DNA from: Octopus bimaculoides
Taxonomy: Eukaryota
DNA: 64,000 bases
Direction of reading: 5' to 3'
NCBI RefSeq assembly: GCF_001194135.2
Contig: NC_068996.1
Span: forward strand, 27,655,112-27,719,111
Part shown: piece after piece, positions 25,214 through 39,614 of the stretch
Position numbering within the stretch: position 1 is the stretch's first letter
How the letters are laid out: every line of letters begins with the position of its first letter
Notes under the pieces: model-generated
What the model was told of the DNA's origin: nothing
The model's database searches: none
What the model saw: only the letters and a program-made list of their open reading frames with translations
Made by a program: the position numbers and the translations under genes

Positions 25214-27624
25214 TGCAGTGAAATGAAATATGAATGGGATTAATGACTAAATCAGAATTATAGCCTTATACTGTCATTATAACAACAACAAAGATTAAGG
25301 TAAATGTCATCATAAAACCATACAATGTAACAACCACCATCAACCTCTATCACTACTGCTGTCTCTACTACTGTAACCATTAATACTACTCCCCCCTTTG
25401 ACAAGTTTACTGGGTTATCCACCAACATCGACACCATCATCACCACTAATACCACACAACTGCTCTTTACTTAACAAGTGTGGCTGAAAAATTTGTTCAC
25501 CACATAGTTTCAGGTTCAATCTCACTGCTTGGTATGTAACTTGGGCAAGTGGCTTCTACCATAGATCACCTTCAATTCAGCCAAAGCTTTGTATGTGAAA
25601 TGTGTAAGACAGAAACTCTATGGAAGCCCTTTGGAGAGGCCTACTCCTTCTTTTGCGTAGAGTGGAGGGTGGTGGTTAGACTTAATCCATTACCGGCTTA
25701 ACATCACCACCACCACTACTACTACTATTATTACCATCTAGTCCATGGCAGCTTACAGCAGTCTGTCACAAACATTCGGGCCAGGTTATCATGTACATTG
25801 TTTTGCCTTCATATAAAAGACAGGTTACAACAAATATTCCTCTCAGTACCACAGATTTGCTTGTCACTTGCTTGACCTTAACCACTTGAGCATATTCTTT
25901 AGTGGCTTCAATATATGCATCCCTGATCATAAGTGGTGGAGAAGTATCATAGCCATGTGTCGAGAGGGATTCTTTGGGGTTTGAATAAATGTAACAAAAC
26001 TAAATTTTGAAAGAAATATTAACCATTTTTCATACCTTTTGAGGTAAGCAAATACGAAATAACAGTTGCTAACCAAGGACAGAAATTGTTATACAGAGTT
26101 ATATTTTTAAAACTTCCATGGCACAACCAGACAACCCTTGGCATACATAGATTCATCAGGGTTTTGTTGATTGAGCACTACTATGCTAGAAATATGTTCT
26201 TTTTTAAAATTATTGTGGATGTTACTTAGACCCAGGTTGGGATTAGTGGGTTGGCAAAATCATTAGAATATCGAACAAAATACTTTGCAGTATTTCTTCC
26301 AGTTCTTTACATGCTTAGTTCAAATCTCACTGAAGTTAACTTTGCCTTTCCTTCCTCCAGAGTCAATAAAATAAAACACCAGTCAAGTAAATGGTTTGAT
26401 TTAATTGACTAAACTCTTCCCTCAAATTTCAGGCTTTGTTATCTAGGTTAAACAGTTATTTAGACTCAGTTTTGCTCTGACTGAGCAGACCTGTGATCAA
26501 AGGCATTCCAGCTATGAAATTCGTAACTTTTATTTCCCTATGTGTAGAACTCAGGCCTACATTATCTAAAGCTTGTGAGGGTGTGATTTGAGAAAGATTT
26601 GGTGAGGGTGTGATTTGAGAAAGATTTGGCTGTTATTTCTAGTAGGTTGGGTAACCACAATGACAACCCTCATTAGTTTGTTCAGTTTTTGTTGTTGTTG
26701 TTATTGCTCTAGTTATCAATCTTGATATTTCTGTTTCTCTGCAAAAGTTGTTGATTTTCTTTCAAATGATATTGTTGTTGTTGTTGTTTAGTCCCAGATG
26801 AGCCCTGATCCAGAAGACCAGCTATGACCAACTTATTTTAGTTATTCATAATGCAGCTAGGACTGCATTATCTTGATTCGTGTGGAGTTACATTATGTAC
26901 AGGACAATTCCAACTATTGGCCAAATCCATTGTGAGGATCTCCCACTCACCCCACCATCATTAACAAGACAGAGAAAGGTTGTGTGACATACAAGGCCGA
27001 GAGGGTTGAGAAAGGACGTACAAGGCCGAGAGGGTTGAGAAAAGATACTTTCCTTTTTGGTTATTTTACATTCCATTTGGAAAGCAGGGTGCTTTCTCTC
27101 AATGAATTTATCATAAGATGAATGATTCTGGTAAAAATTATTAAGATCGGGGAACAATAGTTTGGTGAGGGCTTGTGCCTTCAGCAATCAGGGTAATTCT
27201 GGATTTGTTAAGTTCCTTGACTGGTCTTAATTGGAGGTTTTCCTGTATCAAGAGGATAACATTATAGATGTGTTCACATATTTTGTATTCTATGTATACT
27301 TTTATCTCATTTCACAATCATCTCCCTTCTTTCCCCCCATTTTTGTAAACTATCCTTGTAATGTCTCCCTCATTTGATACCCCAGAGACAAATAAAAGAA
27401 ATCATTATTGCATCATTGTTGCTTTTGCTAAAGGCAGAGGATTGACAGAATCATTAATGCATCAGAAAATATGCTTTGTGGTATTTCTTCAGGTTCTTTA
27501 TGTTCTGAGTCCAAATTTCATCAAGACCAACTTCATCTTTCACTCTTTTGGAGCTGATAAAATAAACTGCTAATCACTTCACATGCTCTCCAAAAATTAT
27601 TGACCTTGTGCCTTAGAAACAATC

Positions 27625-27885
27625 ATACATGCCTGTGTGTGTGTATGTGTGTATGTGTACATACATGCGTGTGTGTGTGTATGTGTACATACATGCCTGT
27701 GTGTGTGTATTTATGAGTGTTTGTGTATTGGCAGCACCAGTTTGTTGGTGTATAGATGCACGTATACACTTGATGTGTGATCATATACTGGCTGTGTATG
27801 TGTGTACATGCATGCATATGTGTTCATTTGTATCATCTGTGTGTGGGCATTCAGTTTCACAACTAAGAAGTACTGCTGTCTGGGA

Positions 27886-27956
<71 letters not shown>

Positions 27957-28260
27957 GTTTACATATACATGTGTGTACACACATGTATGTTTCTGTTGTT
28001 TGCACACACACACACACACACACACACAGGTGTGTGAGTTCATATCTGGTGTATGTGATTGTGTGTGTGTGTGTGTGTGCGCGTGTGTGCATGTATATCT
28101 GGTGTGTGTGCACATATAAGTATACTTGGCATGCAGATCTTGTATTTGGTGCATGTGCACATGTAACTGCTCTATGTATGTGTGTGCAAGCTTGTGTGTA
28201 TATGAGTGTTTGTATATCGGTGACATCAATTGATTGGTATATGTACGCATGAGTGCAAAC
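27625..28260. repeat. (TG/CA)-rich low-complexity tract
   Basis: Direct reading. Source of the VC/HT-repeat ORFs. Confidence 0.9.
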
Positions 28261-28374
28261 CAAAAGAGAAAAAAAAATTTACATTCATTTTGTCTGATAA
28301 AAAAAAAAATCATCAAACTATCAGAGTAAGTAGACATATAACCACACACTTCAAAATGAATATCAACAACAATA

Positions 28375-28638
28375 GTGGCATCAAATTTTGGCACAAAGCC
28401 AGCAATTTTGGAGGAGGGGATTAAGTCAATTTTATCAAACCCAGTGCTCAACTCGTACTTATTTTAATAACCTTTAAAGGGTGAAAGGTAAAGTTGACCT
28501 TGGCAGAATTTGAACTCAGAATGTAAAGACAGATGAAATACCACAAAGCTTCTGCCAGCTTTTGCTGCCTTAATAACAATAATAATAATGATGATAATAA
28601 TAATAATGATGATGATGATGATGATGATGATGATAATG

Positions 28639-28670
<32 letters not shown>

Positions 28671-28674
28671 AATA

Positions 28675-28739
<65 letters not shown>

Positions 28740-28745
28740 CCTTTT
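28375..28745 (-). mobile_element. ATT-tailed SINE plus long (AAT/GAT)n tract
   Basis: SINE at about 28375-28575 on the minus strand, followed by a triplet repeat to about 28740. Confidence 0.8.
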
Positions 28746-29039
28746 GGATCTTTCTGATTTGGCGGGCACCACTTTTTATTTAGTTTTTTATTTATTGTGT
28801 TTTCTACCGAAACACTTTAAAACTTCGTATACTTGTATATTTTGTCTTATAGAACAGAGAAAAATTTTTATATTCAAAGTTNNNNNNNNNNNNNNNNNNN
28901 NNNNNNNNNNNNNNNNNNNNNNNNNNNNNNNNNNNNNNNNNNNNNNNNNNNNNNNNNNNNNNNNNNNNNNNNNNNNNNNNNNNNNNNNNNNNNNNNNNNN
29001 NNNNNNNNNNNNNNNNNNNNNNNNNNNNNNNNNNNNNNN

Positions 29040-29106
29040 CATAACCCTAACCCTAAAACCCTAACCCTAACTCTAAAACCCGAACCCTAACCCTAAAGCT
29101 AAAACC
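29040..29106. repeat. Degenerate interstitial telomere-like (CCCTAA)n repeat
   Basis: AACCCTAACCCTAAAACCCTAACCCTAA next to an N-gap. Confidence 0.7.
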
Positions 29107-29506
29107 AGTACAAATGCACGAATGATGTCATAAATAACAGTACCGCCGATAGTTGTTGTTGACAAACAACGGCATTAATTTTATTCAAGGGAAAAGATCC
29201 CTTGACACCACTACAATGTGTTGTTTACATTCCATAGCAGTAATTGTTTTCACCTCAATAGATGTCAGTGATTGGTTGAAATTACAGAAATACGACAACT
29301 TTAACACGAAATAACTTTAAAAGGATAAAATTTTCTCAATAACACTAAGAGTAAAAGATGTTTTATATGACACNNNNNNNNNNNNNNNNNNNNNNNNNNN
29401 NNNNNNNNNNNNNNNNNNNNNNNNNNNNNNNNNNNNNNNNNNNNNNNNNNNNNNNNNNNNNNNNNNNNNNNNNNNNNNNNNNNNNNNNNNNNNNNNNNNN
29501 NNNNNN

Positions 29507-29932
29507 GAAATTTTGGGGAGGGGACTAGTCAATTACATCGACCCCAGTGTTTTATTGGTACTTAATTTATCAACCCCCAAAGGGATGGAAGGCAAAGTCG
29601 ACCTCAGCAAAATTTGAACTTAGATCGTAACGACAGAAGAAATACCGCTAAGCATTTCACCCACTATGCTAATGATTCTGCCAGCTCACCACCTTAATAA
29701 TAATAATACTAATGATAATCCTTTCTACTAAAGGCACAAGGCCTGAAATTTTGGGGAGGGGACTAGTTGATTACATCAACCCCAGTGTTCTACTGGTACT
29801 TAATTTATCAACCCTGAAAGAATGAAAGGCAAAGTTGACATTGGCAGACTCTGAACTCAGAATGGAATGACAGATGAAATGCTGCCAAGCATTTTTCCTG
29901 GTATGCTAATGATTCTGCCAGCCAGCTGCCTT

Positions 29933-29983
<51 letters not shown>

Positions 29984-30227
29984 GTAATAATAATAATAAT
30001 AATAATAATAATCCTTTCTACTATAGACACAAGACCTGGAATTTGTGGGGAGGGGGATAGTTGATTACATCAACCCCAGTACTTGATTGGTACTTAATTT
30101 ATCAACCTCAAAAGGATGAAAGGTAAAGTTGACTTTGATGGAATTTGAACTCAGAACATAACAGCAGACAAAATACCACTAAACATGTCACCCAGTGTGC
30201 TAATGATTCTGCCACCTAGCTGCCTTT

Positions 30228-30228
<1 letters not shown>
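29507..30228 (-). mobile_element. Head-to-tail chain of three ATT-tailed SINEs
   Basis: Units at about 29507-29700, 29715-29935 and 30010-30228, separated by (AAT)n tracts. Confidence 0.85.
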
Positions 30229-30268
<40 letters not shown>

Positions 30269-30274
30269 AACAAT

Positions 30275-30750
30275 AAACGATGGGCTACAGTAAATATTCT
30301 GCTTAATACCACAGCTTTGCTTGTAAGTTGCTTGACTTTAACCAGTTGAGCATGCTCCTTAGAGACTGCCAATAAGTGCATCTCTGATCACAAGCAGGAG
30401 TGGTGCGGTAGCATCATGGCTATGTATTGAGAGGAATTCTTTAGGTTTGAATAACTCACCCCTAGAAACAGAAGTGTTTTGTTCATCATCCTTAAACAAC
30501 CCTTATTCAGGGACCTTTTGAGCAAGATAGGCTACTCAACCTGAAGAAAATTCTAACTGGGCCCCATCTGCAAAGTCATGTGCTGTTTATCTTGATATGG
30601 GATCACCATATCATGCACAGATGGTAGTGATGCATGTGCCTGTTGTACCCTTATTAGATGGATAGTCATGATGAGTATATTGGGCTTCATATATTTGTAC
30701 CCCAGTGTCACTTTGACGGCATCCATTGCTTTCTCACTCAATAATAATAA
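30275..30750. mobile_element. Non-coding interspersed repeat ending in (AAT)n (longer copy of the 20173 family)
   Basis: Shares start and end blocks with 20173-20400 and has an additional internal segment. Confidence 0.6.
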
Positions 30751-31090
30751 TGTCTGATGATCTATGTAGCTTGCCCAGGAGATCATTAGATCAATGAGAA
30801 AGAAAATGAGAAAATTGTAAAATATGCAGACTTGAGAATAGATGTTGAGAGAATGTAAAATATGCAAACAAGAATTGAAGCACTTGGGTTGGTGATGAAA
30901 AACCTTCAGAAACACCTTGACACAATTGGAATCTGTCCCAGCATTACAACATTGCAAAGGATAATATGTTTGGAAAAGGCAAATATCCAGCAGAAAGTAC
31001 TGTTTATCTGGCTTGGTAGGAAGTCAGTTAAACAATCTGGAGTTAACAAGATAGATCACTGTGCAAATGGATAATAATCATCATCATTGT
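30751..31090 (+). mobile_element. R4/Dong-like LINE 3' fragment (RLE domain) between TAA tracts
   Basis: CLMIYVACPGDH*INEKENEKIVKYADLRIDVERM...EALGLVMKNLQKHLDTIG. Confidence 0.7.
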
Positions 31091-31169
31091 TTAATAATAA
31101 TAATAATAATAATAGTAATAATAATTATTAAATATTATTATTACTATTATTATTATTATTATTATAAAA

Positions 31170-31560
31170 GTAAAGATTGACTTTACTCATCATCCTTTCA
31201 GGGTCAATAAAATAAGTACCAGTTGAGTACTGGGGTTGATGAAATCGACTTACCCTCTCCCCCAAAGTTACTGGCCTTGTGCCAAAATTTGAAACCATTA
31301 TCATTATTATTATTATTATCATCATCATCATTATCATTATTAGGGCAGTGAGCTGACAGAATTATTTGTATGCCAGGCATTTTGTTTAGCAGCATTTTGT
31401 CCAACTTTGTGCTCTGAGTTCAATTTTGGCCAAGGTTGACTTTGCCTTTCATCCTTCTGGGGTCAATAAAATAAGGATCAGTTGAAAACTAGAGTCAATG
31501 TAATCAACTTCCCCTCTCCCTTGAACTTGCTGACCTTGTACCAAAATTTGAAACTACTAC
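31170..31560 (+). mobile_element. Two ATT-tailed SINE copies in tandem
   Basis: Family blocks at about 31170-31300 (5'-truncated) and 31343-31555, joined by (ATT/ATC)n. Confidence 0.75.
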
Positions 31561-31668
31561 TGTTATTATTATTATTATTATTTTATGTTTGACTTTTGCT
31601 TTGCATTTGTACAAGTTGGATCCAAGTCTCACCCAGAGACCTCAAGAGACAACAAGTTAGAAGTTCAT

Positions 31669-31709
<41 letters not shown>

Positions 31710-31838
31710 TCTAACACATGCATAAGGCCTCATATTTAAAGGAGGGTTTTTTGAAAGTAATAAAACCAAGTACATGCTAGATAGTTATTTTATTGACCCC
31801 CAACAAGGATGAAAGACAATGTTTACCATTGTAGGATT

Positions 31839-31879
<41 letters not shown>

Positions 31880-32446
31880 CATAATCATGATGATAATAAT
31901 AATAATAACTGAATAGGTGAATGACCTCATTAGCTCAATGAGAAATTATCACATTTCCCTCTCGGCTCTTTCTTCACAATTGGCTGCTAACGCTTAATCA
32001 ATGTCCTTTCATTATCAGAAGTGAATGGCTTATGATATGGTATATAGAACAATGTTGGAAACACAGCCAAATAATATACTTGTATGAACAATCAATAAGA
32101 TACGCATACAAAGTGTGTGTGTGCAAGCATATATCATATGTAATGGTTACATATACAATGAGTGTATGTGTGTACATATGTGTTGTGTGTGTGTTTGTGT
32201 GTATGTGTGTGTATATATATATATATATATCATTTCATACACAGACACATTTATATGTACCTATGTATGTATGTATAATACTTGCATGCACCCTATTTAC
32301 ACTGTTATACATCCATTTGTTCCTGATTACACGCCTGGAATATCTTTTTTTCCCCTTTATGTTATGGTGTAGCAATTGTCCCCTACCACTACCACCACCA
32401 CCACTAACCACTGAACTGTGAAGCAAGCAGTGGAACCTGTTTCTTT

Positions 32447-32482
<36 letters not shown>

Positions 32483-32493
32483 CATACATACAT

Positions 32494-32551
<58 letters not shown>

Positions 32552-32739
32552 TGTTGTTTTTGTTTTCCTTGGTCAAGCAAACAAAATAAAGGCAGAGTTA
32601 TGTCCCTTGTTCAGGGGTACAATGTTACAGCAGTATTAATAAGGTTTGAACACATGGACCTGTAGATCAGTTCTTATCCTATGGAAAGGTACACCTTTTG
32701 TGAGGTCACATGATGTCTCTACTGCCAATCTATATCATT

Positions 32740-32770
<31 letters not shown>

Positions 32771-32999
32771 ACAACATTTAACATCCGTTTTCCATGCTGG
32801 CATTGATTGGATGGTTTAACAGGAACTGGTAAGCCCAGGGTCCACACCAGGTTCCATTTTTGAAATCTGCATTCAACAGTGCTATAGGCCTAAAGTTTTC
32901 TATTTGATTCTCATTGTTTGAGTCCTTTCTCAGCAGTGCCAATGTTCCACAACTCACAGAAGTAGGAATTCTCCTATTTTGCTAACATTTGTTGTAGAT

Positions 33000-33780
33000 A
33001 TCTGCTAAGAGGCTACCAAACAAGTCTTGTTGGGCAGACCATTGAAACCAGGTAATTTTCTCAAAACCCATCCTCGCATGTGCAACCATTCATCACATCC
33101 TATATTTCTGCAGCTGTTATCAGCATTTCGCAACACTTCACCCCACTTGCCAATAGTTGTGGCATGCCGTTAAAGTAGGCACTGAAGTCCATCCTATGTT
33201 CCAGACTGCCAATTTATCTCAAACACTTGGGAAAAGTGCTGTTGAGGTTCTTTGCATATCTGTTTGGGCTCAAGTACCACACACCTAATTTAGTCCACCA
33301 AATTGTGGCTTTGTTACCATGTTGCATCTCTGCCACTTGGGCCCATCGAGTGGCTTTCATTCCATCCTTGTTTAGAGCATGCACTTATCTCTGACAATGC
33401 ATCTTTTATGGTGGCAAATTGGTCTATGGCCAGTCTCACCACCAGCTCATTGGTAGCAATGCCTTTCCTAAGCACTTCTAAGTTTCCCTCTATTCTATCC
33501 CTTTCTATCACTAATGCCTTACTAAATCCAATTGATTCTACTTTACTTGCCCTTTTCAAGGCAAACCACCATTTGTTGTTGATGACTGACCCCATCAATG
33601 CCTACTTAACTAATCTGATCTCTGTAAGCTTGGCATGCTGGGAGGATGTGTTCAGCTTCCAGTAACCAGTTCCCTGTCTACAAAGTCTATATAAGTTGAT
33701 TGTGCAGATCACAAATTTGTGGTCTGTGTAGCCAATGATTTTAAAAAGTGGACAACTTATACTATCCTTATCTACAATCA
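33000..33780 (-). mobile_element. Degraded LINE ORF fragment (probable endonuclease-to-RT linker)
   Basis: Protein-like minus-strand frames (NNKWWFALKRA...) broken by stops. No diagnostic motif could be read. Confidence 0.35.
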
Positions 33781-36700
33781 TACATTTCTAAGCTGACGGT
33801 CTGGTTGACTCATGTGGGTGAGGCTTATCTCAGTTGCAATGGTGTAGGTGTTATCATTGTTTTTCTTAGATGTGGTAGCAATGTTTGCTGCTGATGTTGT
33901 TGAATAGATCTCTCCTGCTGCTCTCTCTGTTGTTGTTTTGGATGCTGCTACTCTTGGCATTAATGTTATTGGTATTGTTGTTGTTGGTGGTGGTGTTGCT
34001 GCTGTTGCTTTGTTACTGTTGTTATTGTTGTGTTAGAGGTGTCTGCAGCAGTGGGTTTTTTTTTTCTTTGCATGGAACAGAAAGGCTTTAAATGGTTTGT
34101 TTTGTCACAAACGTGACATCTCAGCTTTGTGTCCTCTACTGCTGTGTTCCATTAGGGAAGTTGATCAGGTCAGGGATGAATTCGATACTCTCCAAATTGG
34201 TGTGTAACCACAATTCCATGCCTATACTTGACCAATTCTCCTTTCCCATTTTGTGGACTTGCAGAATTTTTGTTTTGTTCACTCTACCAGCAAAGAGATG
34301 TCTGCTTCTGGTGGCACCTCTGCTACCTATATTTTGACAACCTTCCAATCAAGGTATGTCTGAGTTAGCCATATTTCCTCACTTTTGTGGGTTGTTGTTG
34401 CACTTTCTTTGGGTAATTCTTCAGTTGAGAATCTTACCTCAAATGTACTTAAGCATCTCTCATGGACATGGACAACATAAGTTTTTAAACCCCAGCCTGG
34501 TCACAGGCATTGCTGTTAAAACACAAAGAGCTGGAACCAATACTGCAGAACACCCTGTTCAACACTCTAACCATTCCACTAATCCCTACACTAAATTGCT
34601 GTGATTATGTTATTGATCCCTGAAGAAAAATGAAAGAGAAGTTAGGGTTTCTTCTCTAAATGTTTAATAGAGTTAGCTATGATATTTAGGCTATCAACAA
34701 ACAAGAGTCCTCATAGACTTTTCTATTGTGGCCAGGGGAACAGAAGTAGACTATCAACATAGGAGCACTTATAGACAACCAGCTTCAAACTGAAGGGACA
34801 TTATAGCCTGGGGAACTGTAGTAATCAAGGTGCTGAGAATCAAGCTCTGTTGCATAATCACCTGTATACTAAATTTCTCACTGAGCTCATTACTCACTAC
34901 ATCTCTGTACATGGATCTCAGAAGCAATTCATGTACATCTTGTTTTCTTAGAGACAACCAGACATGGTTACTTGTCAAAGGACTTTTCCAGATGAATAAA
35001 TGCTAGACATAGTGGCTTGCTCCTAACTAAGAACTTTTGTAATTGTCTCACTACAAAGAGGGCATCAATGATATTTTGCCTCAACACAAATCCAAATTGC
35101 ATCTCATTTAAGTTAATTTATCTTGAGAGCATTAAGATATTAGAGCACCGGATAGAATGGTCATCTGAATATTAGATATATCACATTATTTGTTCCAGCT
35201 CTCTGTGCTCTGAGTTCAAATGTTCCCAAGGTCAACTTTGCCTTTCATCATTTCAAACTTGATAAAAATATGCCAATTCAGAATGGTGGATTGAGTGATG
35301 GAATTGTAAGAAAATCAGACTGGATGCCTTGTCATTTTTGTTCCAGCTCTTTACATTCTGAGTTCAAATCCTGCCTAGGCCAACACTGGCTGATAAATTT
35401 AATCTGTAACAAGTATATGTTCAGTTTGCTTGTCTACCTTTACATAGGTGAATATTGGCTCATACGCTATGTTTTCTACATGATGGGTTATACATCAATC
35501 TAGCCCTTCTGGTTTTACATAAGCTCTCATCTCATCATGTGACGGACCAGCTGAGCATGAGCAATTTATGTCTATTGCTGGAGCCTATCATCAGCTGTAT
35601 AAGGAGAAATCTTCCCGCTATTCTTTAGTGAGGTAGGTTTGCACAGTCAAGTTCGGATCTTAGCAGAAAGCAAGTTCATTTCACAGCTTTCAACACATTA
35701 CATGTTCCTCTCCTCCACCAGAAGGCATGTCACATATTTGCTTTCCTTTTATACACTGCATACATCACCATGCACCAACTGCATGAGAAACGTTATGTAT
35801 ATTTTCTGACAGTATCATTCAAGATGTATTCCATCAAGTTCACCATGTTAATGCTTTTTAACGCGTTGAATAAATCGTCACATTTAATCCTGGTTTTCTC
35901 ATTCTTCCTTTATCTATACTCACACCAATTTATCAATGCAACTCCACCCTCACTTGGTAGTACCTTAGCAGCCTTTAACAGACTCCACTCTACTACAAGC
36001 ATTCAGGACAAGGTTCCAGTTTGATATACCTTCTTCCCTCCCACCTCTCACCAGTCTTGTCAGTTCTGTAAAGGTCATGGGTACTATTTTCCCTTCTGAC
36101 TAAAAGAAACAGAAAAATATTTCTCTTTCCTAACTATTTGTGCCATAATTCTTTCTATTACTTTCCTAACTTGGTCCAGCTATTCTATTAGCACTGCACT
36201 ATCAGTGTCTTGTTATGTGTTCTATGCTCATTCTTTTTAAAATTCACAAATTGTTATTACATCCTGGGTCACAAATGAGCTTTACATTGTAATTTCAATG
36301 AGTGTTGATGCATTGTGCTTATTCACACCAGTCTCCTGACAATATAATAAAACAATCACAGATGTCCCTTCAATGTACAAGACTAAGAAGCAACCAATAT
36401 ACATGGAATGTATAAGACTTGAAAAAGTGAAGGAAAGAATTGGTAACAAAAATTTGCTTTAAGAAACAGTCAGGACAAAGTAAATGGAATTCTTAGGAGA
36501 AGCATTTTTAGCAATCAAAATTTGCCTCATTGTCAAAAAAAGTTTGTTTTTTACTATTTATTGTTTTCTTTTACTGTATTTTAGTTATTTTAATGTTTAA
36601 TAACTTTCATATGACTGAAAGAAATATAATTGTTTTAACAAAAACAAGACTAAGTCTGTAGTCAGATGTTAACTGCTTAGCTTTTGGTTTTAATAAGTTA

Positions 36701-38700
36701 CCAATAACTGCTGTCTACATTTCCCTGAGCTGATATGAAAAGCTTGTATCTAGTCATTCAATCTGCTAGAAATAGAAGCTAAAATCCCTTCAAATCACAC
36801 TTAACCATTTTAGAAGAGAACATTTTGGATAAAGTGGTCCTGGGTTCACTGCATGCAGGAAGGAAATGGGATGGTCAAGGCTGAAATGTCTTTGATTATA
36901 AGTCTACTCATTCAAAGTTGATTTGGATTTAAATAACAGCAGAAGTGACAGAAATGGTAGCATATCAGACCAAATGGTTTACAGTATTTTTTCCTGTACA
37001 TTCTGAGTCATAAATCCAGCAAAATTCCACTTATCCTTCTATTTTCTCTGTCCACTGGGGGAAGGAGAAGGGATCGTAGGGTAGAACCTCCATAGGGTCC
37101 TATCAGAAGCAGCTACCATTTGACTTTCCAACTGGATCCCTCTACTGTAGCCCTACCCAGTCAAAGAGGATCTTAGTTGTGCAAGCTACATAGTAACCTC
37201 ACTAGTGCTGGTGCCAGGAATAAAGCACCCAGTACACTCTGTAGAGTGGATGGTGTTAGAGAGGGCATGGAAATTATACTAAAGCAGACTAGTGAAGCCT
37301 GACATGGTTCTTCAATTCAACTGATCCTGTCAAACTGTTCAACCTATGTCAGCATGGAGGCAGACATTAAAAGATGATGATAATGATGACAACACCACAG
37401 AACACTATACTACACTGTATCAATAATGGATACATCATTACTCTGCATTATACTACTGTGCACAATACTAAACAGCATGAATATTATGCATTTCACAAAC
37501 AATATTATTGATGCATACATCATTACTCTGTACTATATTATATAGCATAGTACCAGATGACATTGCATTACTAACATACATTATAATAACACTGCACTAT
37601 TACTACACTATATGATAGTATTCCACACTACATTAATTTAGCACACTATACTAATAATGTATACCAAACCACATTGTACTGTACTACACTTTATTTAAAA
37701 TAAATGCTACAATACTGCACTAAATAAATTATGTACCATTCAGCCATGACCACCCTATTGTAATATTTCCAGACTATTTTTTTTAAACATGGCAAAACAT
37801 AATTTGAAAGAAATTTGGTTGCTATATCTTGTAAGTAGACAACCATGTAAGGGCTCTTTCTATCAGTTCTTGTTGTTGCTAAGCCCTGGGTCAAATCTCA
37901 GAAACACAATCAAAGGCAATGCAATCATGATCAGCATGTCTTTTCTTTTTTAAAGGCATGACTGACTACATAATCTAACATATCTTTTCTTTATTTAAGA
38001 TGGTTTTGAGTACATTTAGCTGCTACGTCTAGCAAAATGAATGACCACACAGAAGTTTCATCACTGGTTCAAAGTAGGAAAATATTTCAATGTCTTATAT
38101 TAATGCTGTGTGATATAGCACAGTGTACTATATTACAATTGGAGTTATTATTTAGCCCTAGGTCAGCCTGGACACTCTAAATAAAGCTAAAATGAAAAGC
38201 ATTCTAAAAATAACCAACCCATTTTTTTTTTTGTCAGGTACCATGAATGAAAAACTACATTACACAATGCTATCTAAGACAACATTTTGAAGACAGTAAC
38301 ATAGCACATAAGGAAAATTTGATTAATGATTCCAAGTCAAACTAATGACTAAAATAGAGGCACCCTGCTCTTCTTAGCAGTGTAATCCATGTCCAGTCCA
38401 AATATCATGATTGCTAAGACAAAAGAAAAAAGAGAAAAAAACCTAGAATTTACTAAGTGTCTTACTTTTGCATTTCAACATTCTCTTTATCTTACATTCA
38501 AAGCCTGTTCACTTAAGTGTGGCTGCACCTTCATATGTTTATTGAATTTGTATGTCAACTGAAAAAAGTGTATGTATGTGTGTGTATTTGTCGACATAAT
38601 ATATATATAAGAACATATGTACACATCTATATATTCATGTATACATACATAACTATATGCCTCAATTTAAGCACCTAATTCACCGGAATCTTAATTATAT

Positions 38701-38735
<35 letters not shown>

Positions 38736-39614
38736 NNNNNNNNNNNNNNNNNNNNNNNNNNNNNNNNNNNNNNNNNNNNNNNNNNNNNNNNNNNNNNNNN
38801 NNNNNNNNNNNNNNNNNNNNNNNNNNNNNNNNNNNNNNNNNNNNNNNNNNNNNNNNNNNNNNNNNNNNNNNNNNNNNNNNNNNNNNNNNNNNNNNNNNNN
38901 NNNNNNNNNNNNNNNNNNNNNNNNNNNNNNNNNNNNNNNNNNNNNNNNNNNNNNNNNNNNNNNNNNNNNNNNNNNNNNNNNNNNNNNNNNNNNNNNNNNN
39001 NNNNNNNNNNNNNNNNNNNNNNNNNNNNNNNNNNNNNNNNNNNNNNNNNNNNNNNNNNNNNNNNNNNNNNNNNNNNNNNNNNNNNNNNNNNNNNNNNNNN
39101 NNNNNNNNNNNNNNNNNNNNNNNNNNNNNNNNNNNNNNNNNNNNNNNNNNNNNNNNNNNNNNNNNNNNNNNNNNNNNNNNNNNNNNNNNNNNNNNNNNNN
39201 NNNNNNNNNNNNNNNNNNNNNNNNNNNNNNNNNNNNNNNNNNNNNNNNNNNNNNNNNNNNNNNNNNNNNNNNNNNNNNNNNNNNNNNNNNNNNNNNNNNN
39301 NNNNNNNNNNNNNNNNNNNNNNNNNNNNNNNNNNNNNNNNNNNNNNNNNNNNNNNNNNNNNNNNNNNNNNNNNNNNNNNNNNNNNNNNNNNNNNNNNNNN
39401 NNNNNTCAAAGTAGCTTCTGGAATGTGGTGAATTGCTGCAATCTGTTGCTGTCATTTTAAACTGGTTGCTCTCTTTCCCCAGCAAACTCTCTTCTTTGGA
39501 GGCATAATCTATGTATATATTAAACAGAACAACAAAAGTTATAATAGATGGCAGGGTCGGTACTTTTCACATATCTGTAATTTTTCAGATTAACACCCGC
39601 TCGATTACCCAACG

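Noticed and set aside
27623-28451. VC/HT/YI/ER-repeat ORFs (also 4739-5071, 13028-13390, 22339-22864, 49223-49440)
   Set aside because: These are translations of dinucleotide and tetranucleotide microsatellites with no splice or domain support.
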